The position numbers were made by a program, and so were the translations under genes. A DNA stretch of 64,000 bases. Source: an uncultured Alphaproteobacteria bacterium. GTDB taxonomy: Bacteria > Pseudomonadota > Alphaproteobacteria > Rhizobiales > Beijerinckiaceae. Shown here piece after piece: positions 18,216 to 28,501 of the stretch (its first letter is position 1; every line of letters starts with the position of its first letter). The notes under the pieces are model-generated. The model made no database searches. It saw only the letters and a list, made by a program, of their open reading frames with translations, and was not told where the DNA came from. The DNA lies in assembly GCA_963767245.1 (NCBI GenBank), contig CAVYDG010000024.1, positions 124,927-188,926 of the forward strand, written 5' to 3'.

Positions 18216-19081
18216 TCTACGAGATCACGCATCTCACGCGCTACACCTACGGCGCGATCGTAGAACTCACAACCGGGGTGCTGCGCCTTGCCCCTCGTTC
18301 CGGCGACGGTCAAGAAGTCGAGCGCTTCAGCATCGTCACTGATCCCGTTTCGAAGCCCCTGACCGAACGGCTCGACCCGTTCGGCAACCGCGTCACGAGC
18401 CTGCGGATCGAGATGCCCCTCAGGCAACTCTCGATCACGGCGTCATCGCGCGTACGTGTCAATCGAGCGCCTGCGCCAACGCGAAGCCCAGCTTGGGAGA
18501 GTGTTGCCGCCGAGGCGATCGCTATGACGACTCTCGATGCGGACTGCCCGGCAATTGCGCTCTACCCTTCTCGTCGTGTTGCGCTTTTCAATGAGGCGAC
18601 AGTTTACGCCAAACAGAGCTTCGCCCCGCACCGTCCGATTTTTGACGCGGCGACCGAGTTGGCGCGGCGCATTCGGTCCGACTTCATCTATGATCCGGAA
18701 GCGACTGAGGTCAGCACGCCGGCGGCAGAAGCCTTTAGTCGCCGACGGGGCGTTTGTCAGGATTTCGCCCACATCATGATCGCCGCAGTTCGCGGCATTG
18801 CCCTGCCGGCGCTCTATGTGAGCGGCTACATTCGCACCGTCCCGCCACCCGGCAAAGAACGTCTCGCAGGCGCCGACGCAACTCATGCATGGGTGTCGGT
18901 GTGGTGTGGCGGGTCGCTCGGTTGGAAAGATTTCGACCCCACCAACGCAACGCCCATCCAGAACGACCACGTTGTCGTCGCCAGGGGACGAGACTACTCC
19001 GACGTGTCGCCTGTTGAGAGCATGGTCCTGTCGTCCGGGCGCCATCGACTCGAAGTGGAGGTCGACGTCATACCCGTCTAG
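18212..19081 (+). CDS. Transglutaminase-like protein with N-terminal domain
   Basis: YEITHLTRYTY, GVCQDFAHIM (catalytic Cys), HAWVSVW, DPTN and RDYSDVSP. GTGA overlap with the upstream gene; its stop lies in the CTAG target site. Confidence 0.92.
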   Translation: MIYEITHLTRYTYGAIVELTTGVLRLAPRSGDGQEVERFSIVTDPVSKPLTERLDPFGNRVTSLRIEMPLRQLSITASSRVRVNRAPAPTRSPAWESVAAEAIAMTTLDADCPAIALYPSRRVALFNEATVYAKQSFAPHRPIFDAATELARRIRSDFIYDPEATEVSTPAAEAFSRRRGVCQDFAHIMIAAVRGIALPALYVSGYIRTVPPPGKERLAGADATHAWVSVWCGGSLGWKDFDPTNATPIQNDHVVVARGRDYSDVSPVESMVLSSGRHRLEVEVDVIPV

Positions 19082-20652
19082 GAGCCTGTCTGCTTAATCC
19101 TCGGCGAGATGGGATTTGAACCGCTCAAGCCAGTCGGAGAGCCGGATGCAGCAAATTCGCGCATCCGGTTTGATGTAAGGTTGGGTGGAAGCTTTGCGGC
19201 CATCGTTCGTTGCACCGTTTCCGAGGTGGCGAAGCTCAGCCGGTTGCGCGTGCGGCCAGGGACGGGGTCCGCCCCTGGGCGAGCTTCAAGATATTGTGGG
19301 CGAGGCAGACGAGGCCCCACTCGTTGGCGACCTTCTCGACGCCGCGCAAGAGAAACTGACGGAAGCCGCGCGCCTGCTTGATCTGTCCGAACACCGGCTC
19401 GGGCAGCTGCTTTCTTAAGCGGTAGGGGCTGGAGTGCCCGCCGGCCTTGATTCTTTCGCGCATGGCGGCGACGCGGGCGCCGCCGCCTTCTCCTTCCCCG
19501 GCGTGCTTGGCCCGCCCCGGCGCGATATAGGCGTCGATCTCGCGTTCCTCCATCGCTGTAAGGTTGGCGTCGGAGCAATAGCCCGCGTCCGCCGACAGTT
19601 GCGTCGGCTTCTTGCCCAGATTGGCTTCGATGGCGTCGGCCATCGGCGCCAATTGATGTTGATCGCTCTGCTTCGCGTCGAGGCCGTGGGCGACGATCAC
19701 CTGCGCCGTCGCGTCGACCGCCGCCTGCGCATTGTAGCCCTGGATGAAGCCGTCCTTGGTTTTCATGATGCGGCTTTCGGGATCGGTGAAGTTCTTCTGC
19801 GCTTTGGGGTCAGGCTCTTCGGATGGCGGGGCGGCGGGCTTGCCCGGTTTCTTGCGGCCCTCGGCTTGTCGCCGCTCCTCGGCCTGCGCTTTGGCCTTGG
19901 CCGCCGCGGCCGCTTTCGCCTCGGCCTCCAATTCGGCCTTCGCCGCCCGGATCTTCTCGACGCGCTTCTTCTTGTCGGCGACCCATTTGGGCAGCTCCTC
20001 GCCGCTCTTGTCGCGGCCGAAGGCTCTGTCTTCCTCGGCGTCCGCAGCCTCGGCTGCGCTCAGCCACCGCTCGACCTCGGCCTCGAGCTCCGCCGCACGC
20101 TTCTCCATGCGCTCGTAGCTCATCGCCTTGTGCTTGGAGGCGTTCGCCTTGATCTTCGTCCCGTCGAGCGCGACATGGCCGAGCTTCACAAGTCCCGCCT
20201 GTTCGCACAGCTTGAGAACTTGCCCGAACAGTCCCGCAAGCACCTTCAAGTGCCGCTTGCGGAAGTCAGAGACGGTGCGAAAATCCGGCGGATCGAGCCC
20301 GACAATGCTCAGGAAGTCGACCCGTTCGCGCGCCGCCTTGGCGATCCGGCGCGACGAGTAGACGCCGTTGCAATAGCCGTACAGCAACAGCGCCGTCATC
20401 ATCGCCGGGTCAAACGGCGGCTGCCCGCGCTCGCTCGCATACGCGGCTTCGATCTCACCAAGGTCGAGAGGCTCGAGCACAAGCGCCAAAATGAAGCGAG
20501 CCAGATGGTCCTCGCCGACAAAGTCCTGAACGCTCGGCGGCAACAACAGCGGCTGATCGATCGTCCAGGGCCGGAAGGTCTTGCTCATAAGCAAACAAAA
20601 TCCAATTCGAGCAAACGCCGCCACCACAATCCGCTATTATCCAGACAGGCTC
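19082..20652 (-). mobile_element. IS1182-family insertion sequence, 1571 bp, 4-bp target duplication CTAG
   Basis: CTAG at 19078-19081 and 20653-20656. IRs GAGCCTGTCTG perfect for 11 bp, 15/17 overall. Confidence 0.94.
19236..20588 (-). CDS. IS1182-family transposase
   Basis: GQPPFDPAMM, YSSRRIA, PDFRTVSDFR, ALDGTKIKANAS, GYNAQAAVD, ADAGY and EPVFGQIKQARGFRQFLLRG. Confidence 0.95.
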   Translation of the reverse strand: MSKTFRPWTIDQPLLLPPSVQDFVGEDHLARFILALVLEPLDLGEIEAAYASERGQPPFDPAMMTALLLYGYCNGVYSSRRIAKAARERVDFLSIVGLDPPDFRTVSDFRKRHLKVLAGLFGQVLKLCEQAGLVKLGHVALDGTKIKANASKHKAMSYERMEKRAAELEAEVERWLSAAEAADAEEDRAFGRDKSGEELPKWVADKKKRVEKIRAAKAELEAEAKAAAAAKAKAQAEERRQAEGRKKPGKPAAPPSEEPDPKAQKNFTDPESRIMKTKDGFIQGYNAQAAVDATAQVIVAHGLDAKQSDQHQLAPMADAIEANLGKKPTQLSADAGYCSDANLTAMEEREIDAYIAPGRAKHAGEGEGGGARVAAMRERIKAGGHSSPYRLRKQLPEPVFGQIKQARGFRQFLLRGVEKVANEWGLVCLAHNILKLAQGRTPSLAARATG

Positions 20653-20871
20653 CTAGCCGCTTCGCTTTTATTTGCCTTACACATTCATATTGATGCATGT
20701 TTGTATATGTCCCTGCGGTGTGACAGATTGACGCGCCGGATGGCGTCTTCGCCGCAGTCCTCGGTCTCTGCCTTCATTCGACCAAGATCGGCAGGTTCGA
20801 TGCAATCGCCCGGCACTGGTGTGGCCGTTTCGAACGTGCTTTAACGGCCTCGCCGTTTAGGAGGGCCTCAC

Positions 20872-21111
20872 GTGGCGGATCGCTTCACTCCGCACTTTCA
20901 CAATGATCTCGGCGTCCCCTCGATCACGGTTGGGGTGAAAGAGTTCATGTGCACGGGCGCGAAACCGCCGTTTGATCATCCTCACATCTTCATCGACATG
21001 GGGTCGGACGGCGAGGCGATCTGTTCCTATTGTTCGACGAGATTCGTGTACGACGGCGGACTGAAAGGATCTTGCTCACCCGCAGAATGCGAGTTGAGCG
21101 ACATCGCGTGA
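20872..21111 (+). CDS. Zinc-finger (zf-CHCC-type) domain protein
   Basis: FMCTGAKPPFDHPHIFIDMG...CSYCST; GGAGG RBS. Confidence 0.85.
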   Translation: MADRFTPHFHNDLGVPSITVGVKEFMCTGAKPPFDHPHIFIDMGSDGEAICSYCSTRFVYDGGLKGSCSPAECELSDIA

Positions 21112-21114
21112 CGC

Positions 21115-22299
21115 TTGCCGCCGCGTGCGATCATCGCTGGCGCGGGAATCGGCGGACTCGCTGCGGCAATGGCGTTGTCGCAGGCCGGCTTCAAAGTCGC
21201 GATTTACGAGAGAGCGGACAAGCTCGAGGAATTCGGAGCCGGACTCCAAATCACCCCAAATGCAACCCGGATTTTGGCTGAACTCGGCCTGCTCGCGCGA
21301 GTGCGCGAGCTGTCCTCGAAGCCGCCAGCCGTCGTGGCGCTGCGCGGTTCGGATGACGCCAAACTGCTGCGCCTGCCCCTCGACGACGCCGAGCGCCGGT
21401 GGGGCGCAGAATATCTGGTTATTCATCGCGCCGACCTGCAGACCGCGCTGGTCGAAGCCGTCAGGGCCGAACCGGGGGTTGAACTGTCGCTCGGCACGAC
21501 GGTTGTCGGATTTGCAGCCGAGAGCGGCGCCATTTCAGTTCGTCTGCAATGTGGTCCCGCGACAGTGCGCGACCAGGCCGATCTCCTAATCGGCGCAGAC
21601 GGCCTGCGCTCTCAAGTGCGCCATGGATTGGGATTTGGCGCGCCGGATCAGGCCGAGTTTACCGGACGCGTCGCCTATCGCGCCGTTCTAAGGGCCGAGG
21701 ACGCCGATCCTCGGTGGGCGCGAAGCGAAATTGTTCTGCGTCTGGGACCTGAGGCCCATCTGGTCCAGTATCCCTTGCGGCGCGGGTCGATCATCAATCT
21801 AGTGGCGACCATCAAGTCCGCACGCCGAGCGGGCAGCGCCGATCAGCAATGGGACGGCCCCGCCGACCGATCAACGCTTGAGCATGCGTTTGCAGGATGG
21901 TCGAAGGAGGCGCGAGCGCTGATTGGAGCGCCGGTCCAATGGCGCGCCTGGCCGCTCTACTGCCGGCCGCCAATTCCTTCTTTTTCGCTCGGGCGTGCGG
22001 CCCTGGTCGGCGATGCGGCTCATCCGATGGTCCCCTTCCTCGCCCAGGGTGCAGCTCAAACCATCGAGGATGCCGGCGCGCTGAAGCGCGTATTCGCACG
22101 AACGCAGGATATTCCGTCCGCGCTGACGCTTTATTCGCGGGATCGCGTGGAGAGAGCAACTCGGGTTCAACGCGAAGCGCTCAGGCAGGGCCGCATTTAT
22201 CATCTCAGCGGCCCCATGGCGTTCGCTCGCGATCTGACGATGAGAATGCTTGGCCCGCATGAACTGAGCGGGCGGTACGATTGGCTCTATCGCGCCTGA
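21115..22299 (+). CDS. FAD-dependent monooxygenase (salicylate/3-hydroxybenzoate hydroxylase-like)
   Basis: GAGIGG, IHRADL, ADLLIGADG and GDAAHPMVPFLAQGA. Confidence 0.9.
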   Translation: MPPRAIIAGAGIGGLAAAMALSQAGFKVAIYERADKLEEFGAGLQITPNATRILAELGLLARVRELSSKPPAVVALRGSDDAKLLRLPLDDAERRWGAEYLVIHRADLQTALVEAVRAEPGVELSLGTTVVGFAAESGAISVRLQCGPATVRDQADLLIGADGLRSQVRHGLGFGAPDQAEFTGRVAYRAVLRAEDADPRWARSEIVLRLGPEAHLVQYPLRRGSIINLVATIKSARRAGSADQQWDGPADRSTLEHAFAGWSKEARALIGAPVQWRAWPLYCRPPIPSFSLGRAALVGDAAHPMVPFLAQGAAQTIEDAGALKRVFARTQDIPSALTLYSRDRVERATRVQREALRQGRIYHLSGPMAFARDLTMRMLGPHELSGRYDWLYRA

Positions 22300-22308
22300 A
22301 GTGCGCCC

Positions 22309-23085
22309 TCAATGCAGGATCTGGCTCAAGAACAGCTTCGTGCGTTCATGCTGCGGGTGGTCGAAAAACGGCGCTGGCGCGTTCACCTCGACAATTTCGC
22401 CCCCGTCCATGAACACGACGCGATCGGCAACCTGTCGGGCGAAACCCATCTCGTGGGTGACGACGATCATCGTCATGCCCTCCTGGGCGAGCTCGGTCAT
22501 CGTGTCGAGCACCTCCTTCACCATTTCCGGATCGAGAGAGGATGTCGGCTCGTCGAACAGCATGATCTTCGGGGCCATGCACAATGCTCGCGCGATCGCC
22601 GCGCGTTGCTGCTGCCCACCTGAGAGCTGGCCCGGATATTTGTGGGCCTGATCCAGGATTTTCACCCGCGACAGCAACTTCGCGGCCAGTTCGTCCGCGT
22701 CGCGTCTGGGCATTCTTCGGACCCAGATCGGCGCCAGGGAGCAATTTTCAAGAATGGTGAGATGCGGAAAGAGGTTGAAGCTCTGGAACACCATCCCAAC
22801 TTCCCGCCGCACCTCGTCGATCCGTTTAATGTCATCGGTCAACTCAACTCCGTCGACCACTATGGATCCGCGCTGATGTTCCTCGAGGCGATTGACGCAC
22901 CGGATCAGCGTCGACTTGCCGGAGCCTGACGGACCGCAGACCACGATGCGCTCTCCGCGACCGACGGTCAGGTTGATGTTCCGCAACACGTGAAAACTTC
23001 CGTACCATTTGTGGACTCCGGCAAATCGGATCGCGACGTCGCCGTCTCGCTCGGCGCCGGTGGAAGCGCCGGCGCTCGACATCAC
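22309..23085 (-). CDS. aapP: General L-amino acid ABC transporter, ATP-binding subunit
   Basis: [16 protein letters not shown] and DEPTS; third gene of the QMP run. Confidence 0.9.
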   Translation of the reverse strand: MMSSAGASTGAERDGDVAIRFAGVHKWYGSFHVLRNINLTVGRGERIVVCGPSGSGKSTLIRCVNRLEEHQRGSIVVDGVELTDDIKRIDEVRREVGMVFQSFNLFPHLTILENCSLAPIWVRRMPRRDADELAAKLLSRVKILDQAHKYPGQLSGGQQQRAAIARALCMAPKIMLFDEPTSSLDPEMVKEVLDTMTELAQEGMTMIVVTHEMGFARQVADRVVFMDGGEIVEVNAPAPFFDHPQHERTKLFLSQILH

Positions 23086-24212
23086 TTACGCCCCTTGGCT
23101 AGGATTCGCTCGACATGGGCGGAGTAGCTGGCCATCCCGAAGCAGAAGCAAAAATAGAAAATCGCGGCAAAGACGTAACCCGTAACCATGATCGTCGGAC
23201 CGGCCCAGACCGGATCCTTGATTGCATTGTTCATCGCTTCGAGGAAGTCAGTCATCCCGACGACTGAAATGAGTGTCGTGTCCATGAACAGGCCGATGAA
23301 ATTGTTGACGATCCCGGGTATCACCAACGTAAGCGCCTGGGGCAAAATGACGAGACCCATCATCCGCGGATAGTTCAGTCCCAAGGCCAGCGCCGCTTCG
23401 TACTGGCCCCTGCCCAACGACTGAAGACCGCCTCGCACCTCTTCCGCCATATAGGCGGCCGAAAATATCACGATGCCCGCCAATGGGCGCAGGAAGCGAT
23501 CCGGCGCCCATGTTTCGGGCAGGAACAGCGGCAGCAGATTATTGGCCATGAACAGGATCGTGATGAACGGCACGCCGCGCACGAACTCGATGACCACGAC
23601 GCTCGCCATTCTGACCGCGGGAAGCGGCGACCGGCGGCCAAGCGCAAGCAGCACGCCAAGCGGCAAAGAGAACACGATCCCGACCACGGCTGTGACCAGC
23701 GAAACGAAAATCCCTCCCCAAAGCAGCGTATCGACGAACGGCAGGCCGAGCAGGGACGAGCCGCGCAGAAGAACCAGCGCCAGAATCGGATAGACGACAA
23801 AAAACAGGAGAGCGGCCCAGGTCCGACGCGGCGCGTTCGTCCACAGCAGCCAGACGATCAGAACGGCGCCGATCGCCTCGACGGCGTCGACCCGCCAACG
23901 CTCCGCGACTGGATAAGACCCGAAGCGCAGGTAGTCCGACTTGGCGATGACGAACGCCCAGCAGGCGCCGTCCTGATGTTGACGGCAGGCAGCTCCGTCC
24001 CCCGCGCTCCAGACCGCGCGCGTCGTCGCCCATTCGATTAGGGACGGCAGCAAATAGACGATAAGGGCGAGAAAACCGATGGTGGTGACACTGGAGCCGG
24101 CCGACGAGAAGAGGTTGGCCCGCGCCCAGGTGAGCGCGTCGTCGGTCAGGGTCGGCGGCGGATCTTCCGGCTCCGGCGCCTCACGGACATAAGCCACAGG
24201 CTGCAAACTCAA
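23082..24212 (-). CDS. aapM: General L-amino acid ABC transporter permease
   Basis: [28 protein letters not shown] and EAA loop. Confidence 0.88.
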   Translation of the reverse strand: MSLQPVAYVREAPEPEDPPPTLTDDALTWARANLFSSAGSSVTTIGFLALIVYLLPSLIEWATTRAVWSAGDGAACRQHQDGACWAFVIAKSDYLRFGSYPVAERWRVDAVEAIGAVLIVWLLWTNAPRRTWAALLFFVVYPILALVLLRGSSLLGLPFVDTLLWGGIFVSLVTAVVGIVFSLPLGVLLALGRRSPLPAVRMASVVVIEFVRGVPFITILFMANNLLPLFLPETWAPDRFLRPLAGIVIFSAAYMAEEVRGGLQSLGRGQYEAALALGLNYPRMMGLVILPQALTLVIPGIVNNFIGLFMDTTLISVVGMTDFLEAMNNAIKDPVWAGPTIMVTGYVFAAIFYFCFCFGMASYSAHVERILAKGRK

Positions 24213-25387
24213 CGCTCCTTCAGCGCGTAGCGCGAATTGAAAAGGTTAAGCGCCAGCGCGACCACGAGCGAAATGGACAGATAGACCACCATGGTGATCG
24301 CGATCACCTGCACCGCCGCCTGCGTCTGGTTGAGAACCGTGCCGGCGAAAATCTGGACAAGATCCGGATAGCCGATGAAGACGGCAAGCGACGAATTCTT
24401 GACAATATTCAGGTATTGCGACGTCAAAGGCGGTGTAATCAGTCGCATCGCCTGCGGAATCACCACCAGATTCATTGTCAAACCGCGATGCAAACCGAGT
24501 GCGGCGGCCGCCTCGCTCTGGCCGGCCGGCACCGCAAGCAGACCCGCGCGGACGATCTCCGCGATGAACGCCGCGGTGAAGGTGACGAGCCCGAAAACAA
24601 GCGCGGCCATTTCGGGAATGATCTGGAGCCCGCCCTTCATATTGAAGCCGGAGAGTTTCGCGATATCGAACCCGAACGGCGCCCCGCCCACCGCCGCTAC
24701 GAACGCGGGTAAGCCAATGATCAGCCCGACAGCGACGAGGATGCTCCGCGCTTGCACGCCCGTGCGCTCCTGGCGGCGGCGCGCCCACTCGCGAAATCCA
24801 ACTGCGAGGATCAGGCCCGCCGCGATGGCGCCCGTGAACCAGACCGCCTGGTCCCTGGGGACAGGCATCGGCAAATAGAGGCCACGGTTATTGAGAAATA
24901 CGACGTCGCCAACGCTGATCGACTGCCGTGGTCCCGGCAGGGATTTCAGAACCGCGTTGTACCAGAACAGCAACAGGAGAAGCAGCGGGGTGTTGCGCAC
25001 GATGCTGGTGTAGACGAGCGCAAGCCGTGACATGAGCCAGTTCGGCGATAGTCGGGCGACGCCGACCGCAAAACCCAGAAGCGTCGCAAGCGGAATGCAG
25101 ATGACCGCGATGAGAAGGGTATTGAGGAGTCCGACCCAGAACGCACGGCCATATGTGGAGAGGTTGGTGTAGCTGATCAGGTGGAGGTTGATGTCGAAGC
25201 CGGCGACTTGGTTCCAGAATCCGAAGCCCATGGGCATGCCGCGGGCGCGCATATTGGTCAGCGCGTTATAGCTGGCGCCCCAAGCCAGCGCCCCAACGCA
25301 CACAAGCAGCAGGATCTGGTAAACTCGCGCGCGCACCCGCTGGTCGTTGAGCCAAGTCGACAGCTTGGCGCCCCTCGCCGGGTCCAT
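24209..25387 (-). CDS. aapQ: General L-amino acid ABC transporter permease
   Basis: GFGFWNQVAGFDI, GLLNTLL, RNTPLLL and AFIAEIVRAG. Confidence 0.88.
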   Translation of the reverse strand: MDPARGAKLSTWLNDQRVRARVYQILLLVCVGALAWGASYNALTNMRARGMPMGFGFWNQVAGFDINLHLISYTNLSTYGRAFWVGLLNTLLIAVICIPLATLLGFAVGVARLSPNWLMSRLALVYTSIVRNTPLLLLLLFWYNAVLKSLPGPRQSISVGDVVFLNNRGLYLPMPVPRDQAVWFTGAIAAGLILAVGFREWARRRQERTGVQARSILVAVGLIIGLPAFVAAVGGAPFGFDIAKLSGFNMKGGLQIIPEMAALVFGLVTFTAAFIAEIVRAGLLAVPAGQSEAAAALGLHRGLTMNLVVIPQAMRLITPPLTSQYLNIVKNSSLAVFIGYPDLVQIFAGTVLNQTQAAVQVIAITMVVYLSISLVVALALNLFNSRYALKER

Positions 25388-25480
25388 TTCTCAGATCCTT
25401 GGGTCCTCAATGCCTCTGCTGAGGACGATCAATCGGCCGATGAGATGGCGCGGTTGGTCGGCGCAAGTCGGTCCCGCCGC

Positions 25481-25888
25481 TCACCACATGTCGAGCGCGA
25501 CGCGCGCCTCGTCGGACATTCGGCTCTGATCCCAAGGCGGATCAAACACCATGTTGACCTTCGCGCCGGCGACGCCAGGAACAGCGCCGACCGCATTCTC
25601 GACCCAGGTCGGCATCTCGCCGGCGACAGGACAAGCGGGCGCGGTCAATGTCATCTCGATAGTGACGAACCGGCTATCGTCTATGTCTACGTTGTAAATA
25701 AGCCCGAGTTCATAGATATCCGCCGGAATCTCAGGATCAAAAACGGTTTTCAGCGCCGCTATGATGGCGTCGGTCAATGGGCTCAGCTCTTCGGGCGCCA
25801 TCTCCGACGGCGGCCGGATGACCGCGTTCCGCGCAATGGGCGGCGCGGGAGTTTCGGTGTCGTTCGGGTGGCTTTGGGCGTCGTCCAT
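25481..25888 (-). CDS. sufT: SUF Fe-S assembly protein (DUF59/SufT)
   Basis: LKTVFDPEIPADIYELGLIY, MTLTAPACPVAGEMP and FDPPW. Confidence 0.88.
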   Translation of the reverse strand: MDDAQSHPNDTETPAPPIARNAVIRPPSEMAPEELSPLTDAIIAALKTVFDPEIPADIYELGLIYNVDIDDSRFVTIEMTLTAPACPVAGEMPTWVENAVGAVPGVAGAKVNMVFDPPWDQSRMSDEARVALDMW

Positions 25889-25899
25889 GCCCCATTTCC

Positions 25900-27147
25900 C
25901 TACTGGAAGAGCTTTCGCGCGCGGATCAAGGCTTCCGCGAGCGCCTCGACCTCGGCGAACGTATTGTAGAGCGCGAACGAGGCTCGGCAGGTGGAGGTCA
26001 CTCCGAACCGTTGCAGCAGCGGCATGGCGCAATGCGTTCCGGCTCTCACCGCGACGCCCGACCGATCGATCAGCGTTGCGATGTCATGAGCGTGCGCGCC
26101 TTCCATCGTGAATGAGACGATTGGACCCTTGTCCCGCGCCGTGCCGATAATGCGCACCGAATTGATCGAGGACAAAAGATCGTGCGCGTAAGCGCAAAGG
26201 GCCTCCTCGTGCGCGCGAATACGCGCCCGCCCAATCCCCTCCATGTAATCGAGCGCCGAACCGAGCCCGATCGCCTGCACGATCGGCGGGGTGCCGGCTT
26301 CGAAGCGATGCGGCGGATTGTTGTAGGTGACGGTCTCCCGGGTCACTTCCTCGATCATCTCGCCGCCGCCCTGATACGGCGGCAACGTTTCGAGGAGTTC
26401 GCGCTTGCCGTAGAGCACGCCAATTCCTGTTGGCCCGTACACTTTGTGCCCGGTGAAAACGTAGAAGTCGGCGTCAAGGTCGCGCACATCAACGTCAAGA
26501 TGGACCGCGCCTTGCGAACCGTCGATGAGCACGGCGATGCCGCGCTGATGAGCGAGCTTGACCATGTCCTTGATCGGCGGCGCGGTCCCCAGGACATTGG
26601 ACATCTGCGTTATCGCGACCACCTTCGTGCGATCGCTCAGCGCGCGCTCGAACGCCTCGAGCGAAAAGGAGCCGTCGTCGGCGACGTCGACCCAACGCAA
26701 AACCGCGCCCTTGCGCTCGCGATGGAAGTGCCAGGGCACGATGTTGGAGTGATGCTCCATCACGCTCAGCACGATCTCGTCGCCCGCGCCGATGCGTCGG
26801 AGACCAAAGCTGGACGCGACCAGATTGATCGCCTCGGTCGCCGAGCGGGTGAAGATGATCTCGTCGTGCGAAGCCGCGTTGACGAACCGCCGGACCGTTT
26901 CCCGGGCCGCCTCGTAGGCCTCGGTCGCCGCGTTGGCGAGATAGTGCAACCCGCGATGCACATTCGCGTATTCGTGCTCGTAGGCGTAAGTCAGCCGGTC
27001 AATGACCTTCTTCGGCTTCTGAGCCGAAGCCGCGTTATCCAGATAGACAAGCGGCTTCCCATAGGGACGCTCGGCAAGGATCGGGAAATCCGCGCGTATC
27101 GCCTCTACGTCATAGGCTTCGAACGCGGTTTGGGCGATATTGTTCAC
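25900..27147 (-). CDS. sufS: Cysteine desulfurase
   Basis: LVYLDNAAS, FTGHKVYGPTG, FEAGTPP and RAGTHCA. Confidence 0.95.
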   Translation of the reverse strand: MNNIAQTAFEAYDVEAIRADFPILAERPYGKPLVYLDNAASAQKPKKVIDRLTYAYEHEYANVHRGLHYLANAATEAYEAARETVRRFVNAASHDEIIFTRSATEAINLVASSFGLRRIGAGDEIVLSVMEHHSNIVPWHFHRERKGAVLRWVDVADDGSFSLEAFERALSDRTKVVAITQMSNVLGTAPPIKDMVKLAHQRGIAVLIDGSQGAVHLDVDVRDLDADFYVFTGHKVYGPTGIGVLYGKRELLETLPPYQGGGEMIEEVTRETVTYNNPPHRFEAGTPPIVQAIGLGSALDYMEGIGRARIRAHEEALCAYAHDLLSSINSVRIIGTARDKGPIVSFTMEGAHAHDIATLIDRSGVAVRAGTHCAMPLLQRFGVTSTCRASFALYNTFAEVEALAEALIRARKLFQ

Positions 27148-27231
27148 GCCTTCCCCTCCGCCGTACGGCGCCGACCGCGCGAGCCGCGGTCCCAAGTCCG
27201 TTCGCTGGCCGGCGCTGCCTGCATCAGAGCC

Positions 27232-28494
27232 TCACGTCCGCGACCCGAGCCAGGCGCGCATCCGGGCGCGCAAGGCCTCGATCAGCACTTCGTTCTCGAT
27301 GCGGTCGATGGACTCTCCCCCGAACGCTTCCAGCAGCATCGCCTTGGCGTCGCTCTCCGGGATTCCGCGCGATCGCAAATAGAACACCTGCTCGGGATCG
27401 AGCGAAGCGACCGTCGCGCCGTGCCCGCAGACGACATCGTCGGCAAAGATCTCGAGTTCCGGCTTCTCGTTCATCTGCGCGCGGGGAGACAATAGGACGG
27501 CTTGCGATCTCATCGCCCCATCGGTCTTTTGCGCCGCCCGCTCGACGATGATCTTGCCCTGAAAGACGCCAATCGCGTCGTCGTCGACGATCGCTCGGTA
27601 GAACTCGCGGCTCGTCCCTCGCGGCGCGGCGTGAACGACCTGCAGCGTTGTGTCGGCGCGCCGGGCGCCATCGACAAGCGCCAGTCCGCCGAGCGAGACT
27701 TTCGCCTGTTCCCCGGCTATTCTGATAAAAATCTGCCGGCGCGTGAGGTCGCCGCCGGAGACGAGACCAAAGGCGCAAACCTCGGCGTTTTCCGCCAAGT
27801 CGCAGATCTGGGTCTCGATATGGAGTCCCGGCTCGTCCCCGAGTACGGCGACGTGCCTTGCGTTGGCGCCCTTCGCAAGTGTCATGATCGTCGCGGCGTG
27901 GCGCTGGACGCGGGCGTCGGCGCCTTCGAACACCTCGACGAACGAGGCGCGCGCTCCCGCATCGAGGGCAATGGCGGAGCGCGAATAGACCGAACGCGCC
28001 GCGGTCCCGTTCGCCAGATGGAGGAGCGTGATCGGCTCGGCAACGTCGGCCCCGCGCTCGACTGAAATCTTGCAACCGGACGGGCTCAGCGCCTCGTTGA
28101 GAGCCGCCAGCGGATCATCGACCGGATCGGCGGCGACGGCTCCCTCCGTGACGCTGACCCCGGCCGGGAGGCGATCCGAGAGCTCTCCAACATAGTGTCC
28201 GCCGAGCAGGACGAGCTGCGCGCCCGTCGTGAAGCGTTCGCGGCGCGCGAGCTGGGCCCGCGCCACCTCGATGTCCGCCGGCGTGGGCGGGGCGACAAGC
28301 GGCGCCGCATCCGTCATCGCGGCGCGCAAATCCGTATAGTGCCAGGCCTCGATGCGCCGGGTCGGCAGACCAGCGTCGGCAAAGCGCGCGAAGGCCGCGG
28401 CCCGCGCCGGCGACGGCTCGCGCGCTTGGCTCTCGGCGAATTGCCTGAAGAGGGTCTTCTCGGCGGCCGATCGGTTGGTGATATGGGCGGTCAT
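27232..28494 (-). CDS. sufD: Fe-S cluster assembly protein SufD
   Basis: EAWHYTDL, FQGKIIV...AQKTD and KPELEIFADDVVCGHGAT. Confidence 0.93.
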   Translation of the reverse strand: MTAHITNRSAAEKTLFRQFAESQAREPSPARAAAFARFADAGLPTRRIEAWHYTDLRAAMTDAAPLVAPPTPADIEVARAQLARRERFTTGAQLVLLGGHYVGELSDRLPAGVSVTEGAVAADPVDDPLAALNEALSPSGCKISVERGADVAEPITLLHLANGTAARSVYSRSAIALDAGARASFVEVFEGADARVQRHAATIMTLAKGANARHVAVLGDEPGLHIETQICDLAENAEVCAFGLVSGGDLTRRQIFIRIAGEQAKVSLGGLALVDGARRADTTLQVVHAAPRGTSREFYRAIVDDDAIGVFQGKIIVERAAQKTDGAMRSQAVLLSPRAQMNEKPELEIFADDVVCGHGATVASLDPEQVFYLRSRGIPESDAKAMLLEAFGGESIDRIENEVLIEALRARMRAWLGSRT

Positions 28495-28501
28495 CGGCGG
28501 C

